Positions 48,301 to 63,300 of a DNA stretch of 64,000 nucleotides are shown here, in pieces (position 1 is the stretch's first letter; each line of letters begins with the position of its first letter). This DNA comes from Vicugna vicugna. Its lineage: Eukaryota. Location of the stretch: the NCBI GenBank assembly GCA_013265495.1, contig MU058531.1:2170911-2234910 (forward strand), in the 5' to 3' direction. The notes beneath the pieces are model-generated. The model saw only the letters and a program-made list of their open reading frames with translations, was not told the DNA's origin and searched no databases. A program made the translations under genes and the position numbers.

Positions 48301-51300
48301 TAACTAATTCAATTAGGATAAAATGTGCATGTTAAAAGCAAATAGTCAAACTCTCTGAGTACTACCTTTCAAATAAAGATCATGTCATTTAAAGACTGGG
48401 AGGTGCATTTTCAATGATTGATAGTTCTCTAAAAATGGCATCTTGAACCAGAAATATCCTAAGATATTATGTAACATATAATAATTGTATAACTTTTATT
48501 ACTATTATTGCTTACACTAGATGGGCTCCTATCTTTCATCTGCAGAGATCGAACTATGGCAGAACATATTCTTGATGTATTTTTTCCCCTCCTTGGGTTA
48601 TCAGGTTATTGTAATGGCTGATGAACTGTCATTGGGAGAGTCCTTTTCACTAAATTGGGTATCTAAAGAGATCCACTAGGTGGTGTTCTCAGACTCGGTG
48701 TTTAGTCTTGCAGAGCTACATAGTACTCTGAGCCAAGACTCATGCCTCAGAATGCTTGAATCAACGGATCTAGTGGAGTATGCAAGAAACAGCCCAGCAA
48801 GTACTCATTAACCTTTTTCTAGTCAGAAAGCAATCAAATGTACTCATACATTTGTATGCAGCAGTAGCCTGCTAGTCAAGTTTCCAAGTCATAACTAGTC
48901 CTCTCAGTTTCACTAAAGATGGAGTTCAATTCCAGATCTATTCTACTTGGGGTCCTGGGACATTCCCTCATTCTACCTGAGGGATCCAGGTGATCTAAAA
49001 ATGTATCTGGAGTCCTAACTCCTGGCGGTGGGGGCGGGGGGTGGTTTGCTAGGTTTGAAGTTCTCTCATACTAAGATGAACATTCAAGTATTTATGGTAC
49101 TTTCCTTCCCTACCAAATGAAGGTTCTAAAAGCCTCAATTCCAGAGGGACTAGTCCTTAGAGCTTCCTTACTCACTTATACTGCCACACTCAGATTCCTA
49201 CAACATGTAAACCAGACTGACCACTGGGACACCCATGTTTGCAGAAATTAAGTTTTATTTCAACAAACTATAAATGTGATAGTGTTAGACAGAAATCAGA
49301 TTTTCGGTCTCAGTGTGATCTGATGTGCCTATTCACAATCTGGGCAGTATTCTGGTTAGGGAAAAAAAAACCCTCAAATCAAAGTTTACGAAGATCAAGA
49401 TCATAGCCTCCATCTAGAACATCAAATTCTTTCTGGTTGCCTAGCTCTAGCTCATTCTGCTTTGATTTTAATGTACCTGAATAACTTACCATTCTAATTC
49501 CTACTCTTTATCTTTAGGTACATTTTAAAATACAGATATAAAGCAGGAACGTACCCCAAACACACTAGATATGTATCACTGGCAAAATACTGACAGTGTT
49601 ATACAGCACAATGTGCCAGAGGACCACAAAAGAATACTATACAGCAAAAAGAATGAATAATCCACTGTTTATATGCAACAGTAGGGATGAACTTGACAAA
49701 TTTAAGGCTGAATGAGAGCAGCCAGACACAAAAGAGTACACTTTATCATCTCATTTATATAAAGCAGGAAAACAGGCTAAGCTAATCTGAGTCATGAGAA
49801 GTGAGAACAGAGGTTATTCTTGGGTTGGTAGATAGTGACTACGAAGGGGCACAAAGAGGTGCTGGTTCTGCTTCTTGACTGGGTGCTGGGTCCATGATGC
49901 GCTGAGTTTTTAAAAGTTCAATGAGTCATACATAAATAAAAGCAGTATATTCATTCAATTGATCCTTCAAATAGCAAAAGTAGAAACAATTTATCAGAGC
50001 CACATACACCTTTCAGTATATTTATTACATTTCAACACAAGGTTAAAAGAAAAACAAGCCAAAGGAGCCCACTTTATCAACAGCAATCTGGCTCACCAAA
50101 GGTACAAAAATCTAATGATGCTGATCTCTGGCCAAACTGCGAAACAGAGGCACAATCGCATTTGTTCTGAAAAGTGGCTTTAAGCCACAAGTAGATACCA
50201 TTCTGTGAATCTACACATTCATTTCTTTGCTGCCTAGATCTTTTCAGTCTAATATGTAATGACAGAAGGAAACTGTGGTCAATTTGGGAACACAGCCCAG
50301 ATGGGCAGCCCTATATCCTTAGAAGCTCCTGAATTAGAAAGAGGAAAAGGTTCTCCACTGTGGGGTCAGGATACCCAGCTCGCACTACACTGACAGAGAA
50401 ACATGAATATCAGGTACAAACAGGCCAAAGAGCCAGGCTCGTCTTTAAGTTTATTAACCCTTTTACAAAAAATCTTTTTTAAAAGTTTTCTAAACACAGG
50501 AAGGCTCGCTGGTGGAAGTTCTCAAGAAACAGATGAGGAGGGGAGAGGGTGTAGCTCAAGTGGTAGAATGTATGCTTAGCATGCATGAGGTCCTGGGTTC
50601 AATCACCAGTACCTCCATTAAAACAAACAAATAAATAAACCTAATTACCTTCAATAATGCACAGAATTCCACAACTTTGTCCTTAAAGTACCGAGGAGAC
50701 TCTGTTACTGTCAGTGCCAAGATCCCAGGTGGGGAGGTGCCGAGGAACAGGCACTAGCTTTGGTACTGGCAGAGCTATCACCTGATCCAGGGTCAGCCAT
50801 CTTCTGGCTGCCTGACCTTGAACAAGTCACTCTGCTTCTCTTAGGCTCAATCTGCTGTTCTGATACTGGTAGGCTTATACCAAATTAGAAAAAAAATACA
50901 TATAAAAAGCGTAAGATTAATATTTAACATCTAATAAAATGGCATAGAAAGTCTGATGACACCAAATACTGTTTAGGTATGTGGAGAAATGAGAACTCAG
51001 ACGCTGTATGAGGAGGGCAAACTGGATCAACCACTACTGGAAACCTGGTGGTATCTGCTGAATCTGCAGATGTGCATATCCCATCATACAGTAACTGCAC
51101 TCTGAGATTTCCACTCGTAGAGCCCTAGAGAACTCTGTGTCCACGGAAACATGTACGAGAATGCTCAAAGCAGCACTGTTCCACTGACGGAAAATGGATA
51201 AATAGCGGCACACGCATTCAATAATTTTTCAAAAAGCAGCAAAAAAATTAAAATAAAAAACTTGTCAGAGGCAGGCTCACCAACATGGATAACTACTACA

Positions 51301-54300
51301 AATAAAACACTGAATGAAGAAATACAAGGGGCAGAGATTACTCACAATAAAATATCATTTTTATAAAACTTTAAAAAGTATACAACATATTGCTTAGAAG
51401 TAAATGCATGGCTAGCAACTTTTTTTAAGCAATGTTTTTATTTTAAAAAAGCATGGGAGTGATAATCACCAACCTTTAAGACAGTGGTTATCTCTCGGGA
51501 GCAGGGAGGAAAATGCAATTGGGGAAGTATATATCAGGTGCTCAAACTATATTTACAATGTTCTGTTTCTTTAAGTATTATGTAGAGAATGATCTGGCAA
51601 ATGCTTTTGTACATATCTCTTTTATGACAAATAATAAATCTGTTAAAAATGTTACAGTGTTTAACATAATACTTTATGTGCAGCAGAAAAATAAATACAT
51701 AATAATAAGGAGCAGCTACTACTTCTGAGGATAGCAAAGAAACCGTGGCACTAAGGTAGGGAAGAAAGCTCAGTAAAAGGTCCAGATGACTTTCCTCTAC
51801 GTTAGAATCCACACGTGGAGAAAAACGTGAATATGGCTGGAATAACAAATACCAGTTCAGCCTCTAGACATACACTGTCTTTAATTTAGCACTAATTCAG
51901 CTGGGTCATTTATATCAAATTAAAATACTGCTAACACAATCTTGAATCCTACTGTTCTGGCTCTGTCACTACTAGAGTGAATAGGAATAACAAGAGAACC
52001 AATCTCACAGGATTGCTATGAGGATTAAATGAATCTGTGTTAAGGCTCAGCATAGCATCTGTCAGACAATAGTTACTTACTAGAACTTGGAATGTTGTAA
52101 AGTTTACAAAAAGTAATAACCGATATAAAGAGGGCTTTGTAAATTGTAAAGCTCAGTAAATTTTATTTTATCTTTTCATCATAACAACTATAAATTCTAC
52201 TTTTTAAAAAAGCTTACAAACTCAGTACTGATGTATGTGAATACTGATTTTCAAATAAATGGAATATTTTCCCAGAAAATTCTAAAGTCAGCCAAATATT
52301 TGTTATGCTCTGTGGGAAGGACTGAGTTTGAAGTTTTAGAAATGTGTTTTAGAAATCAGAGCTAGCTCCAACTGTATGTCTGATAAGGTTCCCAGGGAAA
52401 GGTCAATTTGATGGTTATAAATGGTCTTAAATGTTCTCTGAAAACTCAAGATTCTGAAGATTAGGTTAATTTATCTAGAGTTAGTTACACAGAATTATTT
52501 AAACTTTAAAAAATTTGTTATTTGTTTTTAAAATCTGGGGGGGTCATTAGGTCTATTTATTATTAGTTTGTTTTTCTTTTTTTAAATGGAGGTACTGGAG
52601 ACTGAATCAAAACCCTCGTGCATGCTAAGCAAGTGTTCTACCACTTGAGCTATAACCTCCCTCTCTATGAACTACTTTTTTTTATAGCTCTCTCTTCTTG
52701 TTATAGCAATCTTCTAAAAATCCTAGGAGAGAACAAAGCCTTTTGAGATATATGAATTTTCCTAAAAATTTTAAAAGGCAATTCTCCTGCAGCTGGGTAA
52801 GTACAAGCAAGTACAAGATGTGAGTTTGAAACGAAAACCTCTTTAATGCCATAATAAAACACCTGTACACTTAGAGTTTTCAGTAAATTTCTAGTTTTCC
52901 ATAGACACACTTCCTAGGAAGGAAAAAAAAAAAGGCACTAACAAAGTCCATGGAAAAACCTAGAGAATAATAAATGGGCTGAAATATAAAATACTTTTAC
53001 ATCTATGAGTTTATCACGACACTTAAAAAACAAATTAGTCATCATTCAAGGGTGCTAGGGAACCAACTCAACATTTTGAAAACTGGTAAATGAAGGGAAT
53101 GAATCAAACATTTGTCTTGCCTTTTCCTACAGTAACCGTACCACTGGGTAGCCAAATAGCAGAAAGGGAGATTTTCTTTTTAGAGTAGTATTCAAATTAA
53201 TCTAGATGAGAAAAAATAATAGAATTAGATTTAGAGAGGTGATGCATTTAGGATGGTTGCAACATCATAAATAGAGATGAAACTAGACATTATATGCCCC
53301 TGATGGAAGAACACATCACCACCTATAAGCTTTACACAAAAAAAGTCAAACATGAATCTAATCAAGCCTCTATATCCAACTGCCAATTTGGGGAAATATA
53401 GAAGACAAAGGAATATGTTAAACCTCACTGTTGGGAATGCAATCAGCAAGAGCTAGGCTATAAAAAATTCTACACAACCAACAACCTGATTCTTCAATAA
53501 ATAAATTCCAGGAGGGTAAGGTCAGGGAGTGGGTGAGAGATAAAAAAATGAATCTATAGACTAAAAGCTTAAAAGACATATCAATCACTAACATGAAACT
53601 TATGTGGATCATAATTCAAATAAACTTAAAAAAATTTTGACTTTTATGAGACAACTAGAAATCTGAACACCACCTGGATATTTGATGATACTAATGACAA
53701 TGGTAATTTTATTATGTTTTTTAAAAGAGTCATTATCTTTAAAGACATATACTAAAATATTTATGAGTGAAGTGATACAATGTCTGGGATCTCTTCAAAA
53801 TAATACAAGAGAGTGACTGGGAATGTGGATCAAACAGGACTGGCTGGGGCAAAGTGATGCATACGTGAGGCTCATTAAAGTATTTTTATCTACTTTTGTA
53901 TGTCTCAAATTCTTCATTTAAAAAGAGGGATGGAGGTTAGGGAGTTAAAAGTAAATGATTAACTTTTATCAGGATCTAATTTTATGTGTCATTATCACCA
54001 TCCGAAGGTCAGGAGTCACTCAATTTCTGGTTCATATTCCACAATATTTATTGGTTCTAATCCATTTTCCTTCCCTTCCTATTTTCCTATGCTAAAACAT
54101 CCTTTGTTATGGCCAAACTATTCTAACTCATGTTCTCCAGAAGACACTGAGCTCACTCCTTGGTCTGCTTCTTGTCATGGTTTTGAGGATCAAACTAAAA
54201 TGCAAAGAACACAGGTTTTGAATTCAGACTGACTTGATATTGAATTCTATAACCCCCACAGACACTTCCACTACCACCCTATCTCCCACATCCCTGGATG

Positions 54301-57300
54301 CCCCCCAAGGCTATGGAACTTTGGTCTAATTATTCTGTCAGTATTAATTTTGGCATCTGTCAAAGGAGATGATGAAAATTTCAGTATTGTGGTAAAGGTT
54401 AAGTGAAATCATATTAGATAAAACATCTACCCAGTGTGTGGCATTTAACACTCATACAATAAATATTTGTTCCTTTTCCTCTTGAGTGTCTCTTCCTCTT
54501 CTTAACAAAATCCTACCCACCCTTCAAGAAAATTCAATTTACATCTCCTCTGAGATCCTGGAGAGATTAATCATAGGCAACCCTAAAGCAGGCAGAATAG
54601 ATCAATGGTTAAAAGTACCAGACCTGGCTCTAGCATTCAAAAGCTGAGTGACTCTAAGTAATTTAATTACCTCCTCTGAAATCTTGGTTTACTCATCTAT
54701 AAGATGGAAATAATAAGAGCATGTATCTACTGGGGAGACTGTGAGAATTAAGTTAAATAATCCAGGCAAAGTGCTTAGTACAACACTCAGTAAAAATTAG
54801 CAAGGAGGAGAAGGAAGAGAAGGAAGAGATAATGATCCTGGAAAATCAAATCTGAGATTATACTCCACTGAAATCCTGGGTTTGCCTTTCCTCTACTACT
54901 AAACTAGAAGCACCTTGAGGGCAAAGACATTGATTATACCTCTTTGCATTTGTAAATGCATTTTACATGAAGGGGATTTTTTTTAATTACCTGTCAATTT
55001 AGAGAGAGAATCTGAGCACATTTATAATACCCTGCTCAGATTCTTGCAATCCTGTGGTATGTGCTACAATACACAATTGTCACACAGCAATTAAGAAAGA
55101 AAAATGTCACCCATATCTAGATCCAGCTCCACCCTCTATTTCCACATGCCCTCCCACCCTGCCTTTCATTCCACCAATTTGTGAAGGAGTGCCTGTTTTG
55201 CTTCCCTCGCCCACATCCTGACTTTTTTATTTCCTTCTCAGCTGACTAAACCTAGCTCCCACAGTGTCTGTGGGGTTATGTTTAGAGAAACAGATCACTA
55301 AAAAATAACCTAAACTAAGTTTTCCCTTTTCTGTTCCAAACTGCTTTTAAAAATTCTACTGCTTCTGCTTTTATTCCCTGAAGAGGCAAAGGATGGAAAA
55401 AAAGGCAATAGGGCAGAGAAAAGGCATGCAATTTATCAGGAACTATGGAAAATATACAGGCATACGTGAGTGATAAATGTGGGGCAAAGGGAATGTGGAT
55501 GGCAACCATCGGTTCAGTTTAAAAAGAGAAGAGAACACCATTCCTCCAATAACACTGCCCTACAGTCAGTTCACCAAACCTACTGGTTCTTGAAGCAGCC
55601 CTGACTGCCTCACGACTTCGATGGCAAGGACCTTTTCAAAGTTTTGCTGTCTTTCACAGTTGCCAATCCTCTGTTATACTGTTATTATAAAGGCTACTAT
55701 CATTTATTGAGCACCATATAATGGCCAGACTTCTGGCTAACCACTTCACATGCACAACCTCCTTGCATTCTCACACCAAACCAACAATGGGAGGAAACTG
55801 AGGCTTACAGAAGTTCAGAAACTGGCCCAAGTCTCTTGGCTGGTCAGTCATAGAGCAAAGAACTCAGTATAGCCCAACTTTAGAGGCAAACTTTAAATCA
55901 CCCAGGAATACGCTAGTGGGAGGTGGGATTCCTGGTTGAAGTCTGAGGCTAGGAGAACCACACAGGGGAGTCAACGAAGACATGTGTGTGAAGACAGATT
56001 TAAGCAGAGTATCTATAAAAATGACTTCCAAACAAAGTAAATGACTCAAAACAGACTGCCTATTTCTTGTGTGAGCTGTTTTCTCTTTTACTTATTTATT
56101 TATACAAGTTATTATCCATTATATGCTCTGCAAATACCTTCATTGGGTATGTGCTTGTCTTGTTTTTGTATCTCTATTGAACAGAAATTTTATATTTTAA
56201 TGAAGTCACATTTATCTCCAAATCTCTGGTTTATCTTTATCTCTAAAAGATATGCTTTGTGCCATGTGTGCTTGAGGACCATTTCCCTATCTTGAGATTT
56301 TAAAAATTCTGAGATTTTTTTTTCTTCCAGAAGTTGTGTAAAATTTTCTGTCTATAATTAGGTCTAATTGACCTGGAATTTATTTTTGTACATGGTGTGA
56401 GATGAGATCTAATTTTATTTCTCTCTACATGGATAACTAATTGCCCCTGCACCAGTTACTGAAAGGCCCCTCCTTTCCTTATTCATTTGTAATATACCCC
56501 TGTCTTATGTCAAGTTTCCACATATTTGTGGATATGTTTCTAGGGTCTATAGCCTGTTCTACTGTTATCTTCATGTATCCCTGCACCAATTCCACTATTG
56601 TTAACAACTAGAACCTTATAGTAAGTCTTGACATCTGGTAGAAGTAGTCCTTTCTTTGTTGCTCTTCAGAATTACCTTAGCTATTTTTGCCCTTTATTCT
56701 TTCTTATTAATTTTATAATCAGATTATTAGATTGTCAAAAAATAATAAACTTCTAGGACTTTCAAATGACACTGCACTGAATTTAGATAAAGTCAGAGTG
56801 AATTATATCTGTGTGATGAGTTTACCCATTCATGAAAATGGTTTATTTCTCCGTTTACTGAAGTGTTCTTTTATAGCCATTATATATTTCTTGCTCTTTT
56901 GTTAGATTTCTAAGTATCTATAGCTATTTATATACGGTGAGTGAAATAATTTTTCCTGTAGCATTTTTCTAATTGATTACGATTGACACAAGAATGTAAT
57001 TTTAGTGTTTCTCTTCTTTTGGCAACCTTGGTGAATTATCTTATTTTTAATGATTGATCTGAAGATTTCTTCAGATAATCATGTCATATGGAAATAAGAA
57101 AAGTTTTGTTTTGCTTCCTTCCTGTCTCTTACTTATCACATTTTTCTCCCCTTGACTTCCTGCAATGACTAGCACCTATAACACAGTTGAAGGAAAAAGT
57201 GATTAGAGGGTATTCTTGTTCTGATTTTGCCTTTCAACAGAAATCCTTTTGAAACTTCAGAATTAATCATGATGTTTGACATAGGTTTTTATCAGTCCAA

Positions 57301-60300
57301 GAGCTTTTTGTTATTTTGTTCATGAACGAGTTTTATCAAATGCTTTTCCTAAGTCTACTGAAATGATTGCCTATCATTCTGGATTACTTAAACTGTGGGC
57401 TGCGACCCATTCGATTTGTAATGAAATAAATTCATTGTATTCGCAGACCAAGATTTTTTTTTTTAAGAAACAGAATATAACAGAGGATATCAGACTACAT
57501 CCCAAGGTGTAAGATAGATATTTTTTGGTAAAACTTTTGTTTCAGTTGCTTACATGCACTCTGAGTTACTAAGTAAAATATGCTTCTTACTGCAGGATGT
57601 ATACAGAAAAGTTTGAAATTCACTGATCTATACTATTTTTGAAGCATGAAAAGCCACTGTTAGGGACAAATATCTTAAGGTTTTCTTAAAAATAAATAAC
57701 ATAATGCTGGGTTTTTGTTCATTTTGAAATACCCAGCCTTTGTGGGGGGGAAATAAAATACCCAGCTTTCCTGATATTAAGTAATATTTAACATATTAAT
57801 ATTAAAATAATAAATCAATCCTTGATGGACAAAATGGCGCACATTCACAAAAACATCCGAAGTTACTATAAAATAATACAAGTAAACTAAGTATGAATTT
57901 CTGACAAACATTCAAATAACTTTTGCAGAATTCTCTATCTGTGTAATTTCTAGGGCAAGGGTATATAGCTTTCATCATCTTTTCAAACATATCTGTGATC
58001 TTAATGAACAGAACCTCTACTCCAAGAAGTTCAAAGTTAGTTTATATTTCCAGAATCAGTAGGTAACTTGGCATTTGCATTACTTATATCAGATTTTCCA
58101 TACTTTCGTACTGATTCTGGCTAATTCACCTCTTAGCTGTTTCTATGACCTCATCCTTTGCTGACTAACTGCCTCGCCTTGTCAGTGGTTATAAAAACAA
58201 ATACGCTCTTAAACTGCACCCATACATATAGGACCATTTGATGTTTCTCTTTGCCCATCACTCCTGAAACCTTCCTCTAGGACATTTTAAGTTTGTTCCT
58301 TGTTTGTGACCAGAAGTAATATTGCTCATCTTATTCACTGGATTTATTTCAGGAAGATTTGTGGCTGCTTCCTGATTATGCTGATTGTGATTTATCAACA
58401 GTGAGACTATTTAACAGGCGGCAACTCCCAAAGAGGAGCTCTAACACATTCTGCACAACAGCAGCAGTGTTGGTGGAAGTATCTAACCTACCAAAGGGAC
58501 TGCTTAAAGGACAACAATCATTGGATGTAGTGATTTTGAAATTTGTTTTTAAACCCATATTCCCTTCTTGACATATCACATATGCTGTTATTCCCTATGA
58601 AAGCCACTTTTTAGACAATTAATCACTACATAGACATTTTAGGAACCACAGTATTCACCTTAGCGATGACGCTGATATTGCATGCCAAGTATTGTAAGTC
58701 TAAAGAATACAGTATCACTACTTCTAATTGCAATTTTTAAAAACTCCTATTTCTATAAAGCTATGCTAATTCCCTGGCTGCTGCTGGATATATTAACTTA
58801 CATAATAAGCATACATGTTTTTAAAAGTTTAGAATATATTTATTTATTTCTTTCTTGAAGTACAGTTGATTTACAATGTTGTGTAAGTTTCAGGTGTACA
58901 GCAAACTGATTCAATTATACATGTATATGTATTCTTTTTGAGATTCTTTTCCATTACAGGTTATTATAAGATACTGAATATAGTTCCCTATGCTATACAG
59001 TAGGCCATTGTTTATCTATTTTATATATAATAGTGTGTATAAAGCATAAATTTTCAAGCACGCTAAACAATCTATTATTTTTATGCTATTTTATAATCCT
59101 TCAAGTGGTATTTTAAAATCATAGCAACTTTTAACAATATCTGGTGAGTGGGAATGGCAGGAGTAGATGAGGAAATGGACAATTTTTTGTTTTTGCTTTT
59201 AAAAAAAACACTTTTGTACTGTTTAAATATTTAAATTAAATGTTCTTTTTAATGAAAAATTAATAAAGAAAAAATGTACCACTATAAAATCAAGTATCTC
59301 TAACATTTATTTTATTCTACTCTCTGTTGATGAATTTATTTTATTCATCTCCACTTCTAATCTACCAGGAGCAGAGATCTCATGTGTCTTCAGTACTGTT
59401 CTATCTTCCATGGAGTCGTAGCCGGAGCAGACGCTATGCATCTACCTATAGATAGTAGACGTGGAGGTGATGGGAGCAGGAAGATTCAACAAGCCTTGAA
59501 GTATAGCATGCTACTCGGAAGACAGACTTCAGAATAAAGGGATCTATTATCAAATCCTTTTGAAATGCTGGTTAATATCTATGCACAATTCTAAGCACTT
59601 AGCTCCTTAAACAGTCAAGCCCTATTTGTATGGGATGGCCAGAGTAACCCTCTACAGGGTTAAATAACTGCATAGGTAACTGTTACTACAATTTTGAGAA
59701 TATCATCCTGAGTATTGTGTATAAAGTCCAATGCCAGAAGCACTATGTTGTACACCTGAAAATTACATAATACTGTACATCTTGATAAAAAATGTTCAAC
59801 AGGTCCAATGTCAAGGGCCCAACTCTTGTTTAACATTCTTCTTTTTGAACTACTAGTCAAAATATTAGTCACGTGTTTTAAAGGATCATTGCCACTTCAT
59901 TCTTACTATTTCTAAAATCTGAATTCAATTCCATACCTTGTTATCCAATAAGCTTGCTTCACATTTGGTCATTCTTCTTAATAATCTATTACCTTGAAGT
60001 TCATATACCTAAGCTTTAACTTCTTTTAAGGTAATGAGTCACAAATATAGTCACAAATACACAGGGACTTGGCAGATAACTTAAGTTTAGGGGCATGGTT
60101 TAAAAAATTACAGGGAGTAACAGAGATGTAACAACCACTTATCAGCTCCAGACTGTGAGTTTATAAAGAACAGGGTAGGCAGGAATTAGGAGCTCTGCAA
60201 TCTTCTACCCTGAACTAGGAAATACAATACTGGACAAAGAGGCCATGGTTCAAATGAGGTCAAGGAAAACTAATGTATTAAACCCACTGCTGACAAACCT

Positions 60301-63300
60301 GTCCCAAATTTGCTGAAGGGGTGTTTGGGATTTCCTGTAGCTTTTTCCAACTGAAAGAGTCTCCAGGCATCGTTCATCACATTCTTCTCATGTTCTGAAT
60401 CAACTGCATTCACTTCTCTGTCTTTGCAACTCTCATCAAACAAGGGGCACAAGAAAAACTGTGCAAACCTAAGGGTATGAAACATAATTAACAATTTGAA
60501 AGCTGTTATTTGAGGAGTGGCCTTTTAAAAATATGCTTGAAACTTTGATAGGAAATATGAATTCTACAGAATCAGAAAAAACTATCACTGCTACTAATAA
60601 AGAAGGAATATAATTTGTAAGCAACAGGAAAAATATAACATTGGACACATGTAAATTCAGAGCAGTCTACCCCTCCCCGGGATGTTAAATAATTAGTGAA
60701 AATATATAACGATTAACATCTCTGATTCTGACAATTTTATGTGTTCTTACCACACCACCAAGCAATTCCCCAACACCAGTTGAGCATCCTAAAATTTAAC
60801 TCAATTCTGATACCATCCACCTGGAGATAACATCGGCTCTCAAGTCCTGTAAGACTCCTCCTTCCCCTCCCCCACCCCTTGCCCCCAACTGTAAACACCA
60901 ACTGCAAGTCCAGGTTGTCACTTGGGCTTCTGACCAACTGGCTATAGATCAGAAGTTCCCAAAACCTCCTCCTCGGAGGTTCAATTAATTTGCTAGATCA
61001 GCTCACAGGACTCAGAGAAACATTTTCCTTACTAGATTACCAGTTTTATTATAAAAGGATATGACTGAGCAACAGCCAGATGAAAGATGCATAAGGCAAG
61101 GTATGTGGGAAGGGGTATGGAGCTTCCAACGCCCTCTATGCAGGCCATTCTTCCAGATCTCTATGTGCTCACAACCTGTAAGTTCTCCGAACCTCATCCT
61201 TTCGGGTTTTTAGAGTAGCTTCATTACACAAGCATGGCTGATTAAGTCACTGGGCCATTGGTGACTGAAATCAATCTCTAGCCCCTGGACTGAAAGTTCC
61301 AACCCTCTAATCACAGAGCTGGTTAACCCTGGCAAGCAGCCCTCACCCTCAGGTTATCAAGGGACTTCCCCAAAGTCACCTGCTTAAAATAAAAAAAAGA
61401 CAACTCTATGGCTCTCATTACTTAGGAAATTCCAAAGCTTTTAGAAGCTACGGGCCAGGACTACAGACTAAGACCAAAGATATATTTCTTATCATAAATC
61501 ACAATATCACAGCACCAAAAAGTCAAGGCAGACTTAATGAGACAGCAACAATCTATTTAAGATTGGCAATTTGGCATGTCTCTGAAAACCCCTGTTGTAT
61601 ATGGCTAATTCTCCAGGAAAGGAAAAGGCAAGTGACAATGCTTAGGCAATAAATCTTACATCTACAGTTTAAAGTACAGTATCACTAAGACTCAGGCATT
61701 TTAGGACAAACTAAGTGATTCATTTTTAAAAGGCTCTATTTGAACATGCTTCCTTCTTATGAAGAAAAGGAAACAAACTTTAATTAGTGGAAAAAGTAAT
61801 GGAGTGAAAAACCTACAACATAGCAGTCTGACAAAGACATAATTATGGGCTTTTATGAAATAGTAACAGAATTTTAAAAACTGAATAAGCAGTGGTTCAA
61901 CAAATACATGGCATGTAACTCTAACATAAACAATATGCTTGAGGCTATTCTTTAATAGCAATACTTTAAGGTATACTGAAGCTGAGCTAAGATCCCTTTA
62001 GTTAGTAAATTAATTCTAATATCAGGTTGCAATTTAAACCATGATTTCATATAGTAATTCTTAAGAAACTTTAGACCCCATTGTATAAAAAACAAGGTCC
62101 AGAATTCAGATGAAGCCAAGAGCAGAGGCACGATCTGAATGGGACTACTATTCAGTGGGCCTAAGAGACTTCTGGGTTTACGAACATCTCAGCAACTACA
62201 CCTCACAGTCCAGCCATCAAAGAGGCTGTTATCATTATCTGATATTACTTTAAGCACACATTGAATACAATACTGTGTTAAGTACTACACACATACCAAT
62301 CCACAGGGACACTCCATCTATCTGGAGTCTATAATTAAAAAGATATGAAAACAGGTATTTCTGGACATGTAACCTCTTTTACCTACCTCAATACATTCAG
62401 GCTAGGAAAAGTACCTAATAGCTACATACCATGGCTGGACAAGCCCACATAAAAGGTCATGATTATGACATAGTATAATGAATTTTTTTTAAAAGATGCT
62501 CTTCTACAAGTGGTTTTTTTTTAAACTCTGAGCCAAATAACAGATATCCTCCATCATACAGAGATCTATTATGTGAACATCTGCTGAGGCATTTGTAACA
62601 CAGGAAATTAAACTCAGTGTATGATCCCAGGGAACTCATTAATGAAAGCCCTCTGGGAACACGTACAAAAGATGATTACACCTCAAAGCTGTTGCCTAAA
62701 GATTGAAACATAAGCTAGAGTAAGAAACAGGCCACTCTGACCCAGTCATGTATCCTGAATCCATGCCTTTGTTTTGTTAATGTTCTTTGCACTACAGAAT
62801 AAATTCAAACTATTAGGTTTGGGGAAAAAAAGACTATTATTAATATAAGTAATTACAGCAATTAAAGCTGAAAATTACTAAAACTGTGAAATCAAGCTTC
62901 ATTATAAACCCATCAAAAGGCTGAAGAATTACACTTTCTTGGTAACACAGAAAGCTATCAAAATTCATCAAGGAAAAATTATGCTTTGAATAATGAATCA
63001 AATCACTGATATCATAAAAAATTAGAAATTATTAGCTGTATAGAAAATTGACCAAGAAATTAAACTGGCCTAGTGGAGCTTGCTCCAGAAAATACTTTCA
63101 CAAAATGTCTCCAGGGTTGAAACAGCATGTCAAAACATTCTGTATCCACTAAGTATCCTTGAGGATCAAGGACCTAAAGAAGAATAGAATATTTAAGTTC
63201 TAGCATTCTGGAACAGGGGTATGTTTGAAAGGAGATCCATGACACTATTACAATTTATTCTTCAACACATTTCATATGTAATACCAGTTAGAATGGGAAA

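Noticed and set aside
60037..60060. Short tandem duplications (agtcacaaata x2; also tactgatatg x2 near 33398-33419)
   Set aside because: Two-copy slippage duplications with no array or spacer structure; not CRISPR-like.
540..61961. The many short ORFs in the track that do not overlap IDE exons in frame
   Set aside because: No recognisable homology; many lie in L1/L2/MIR/LTR fossils or antisense to IDE exons, and their lengths fit chance.
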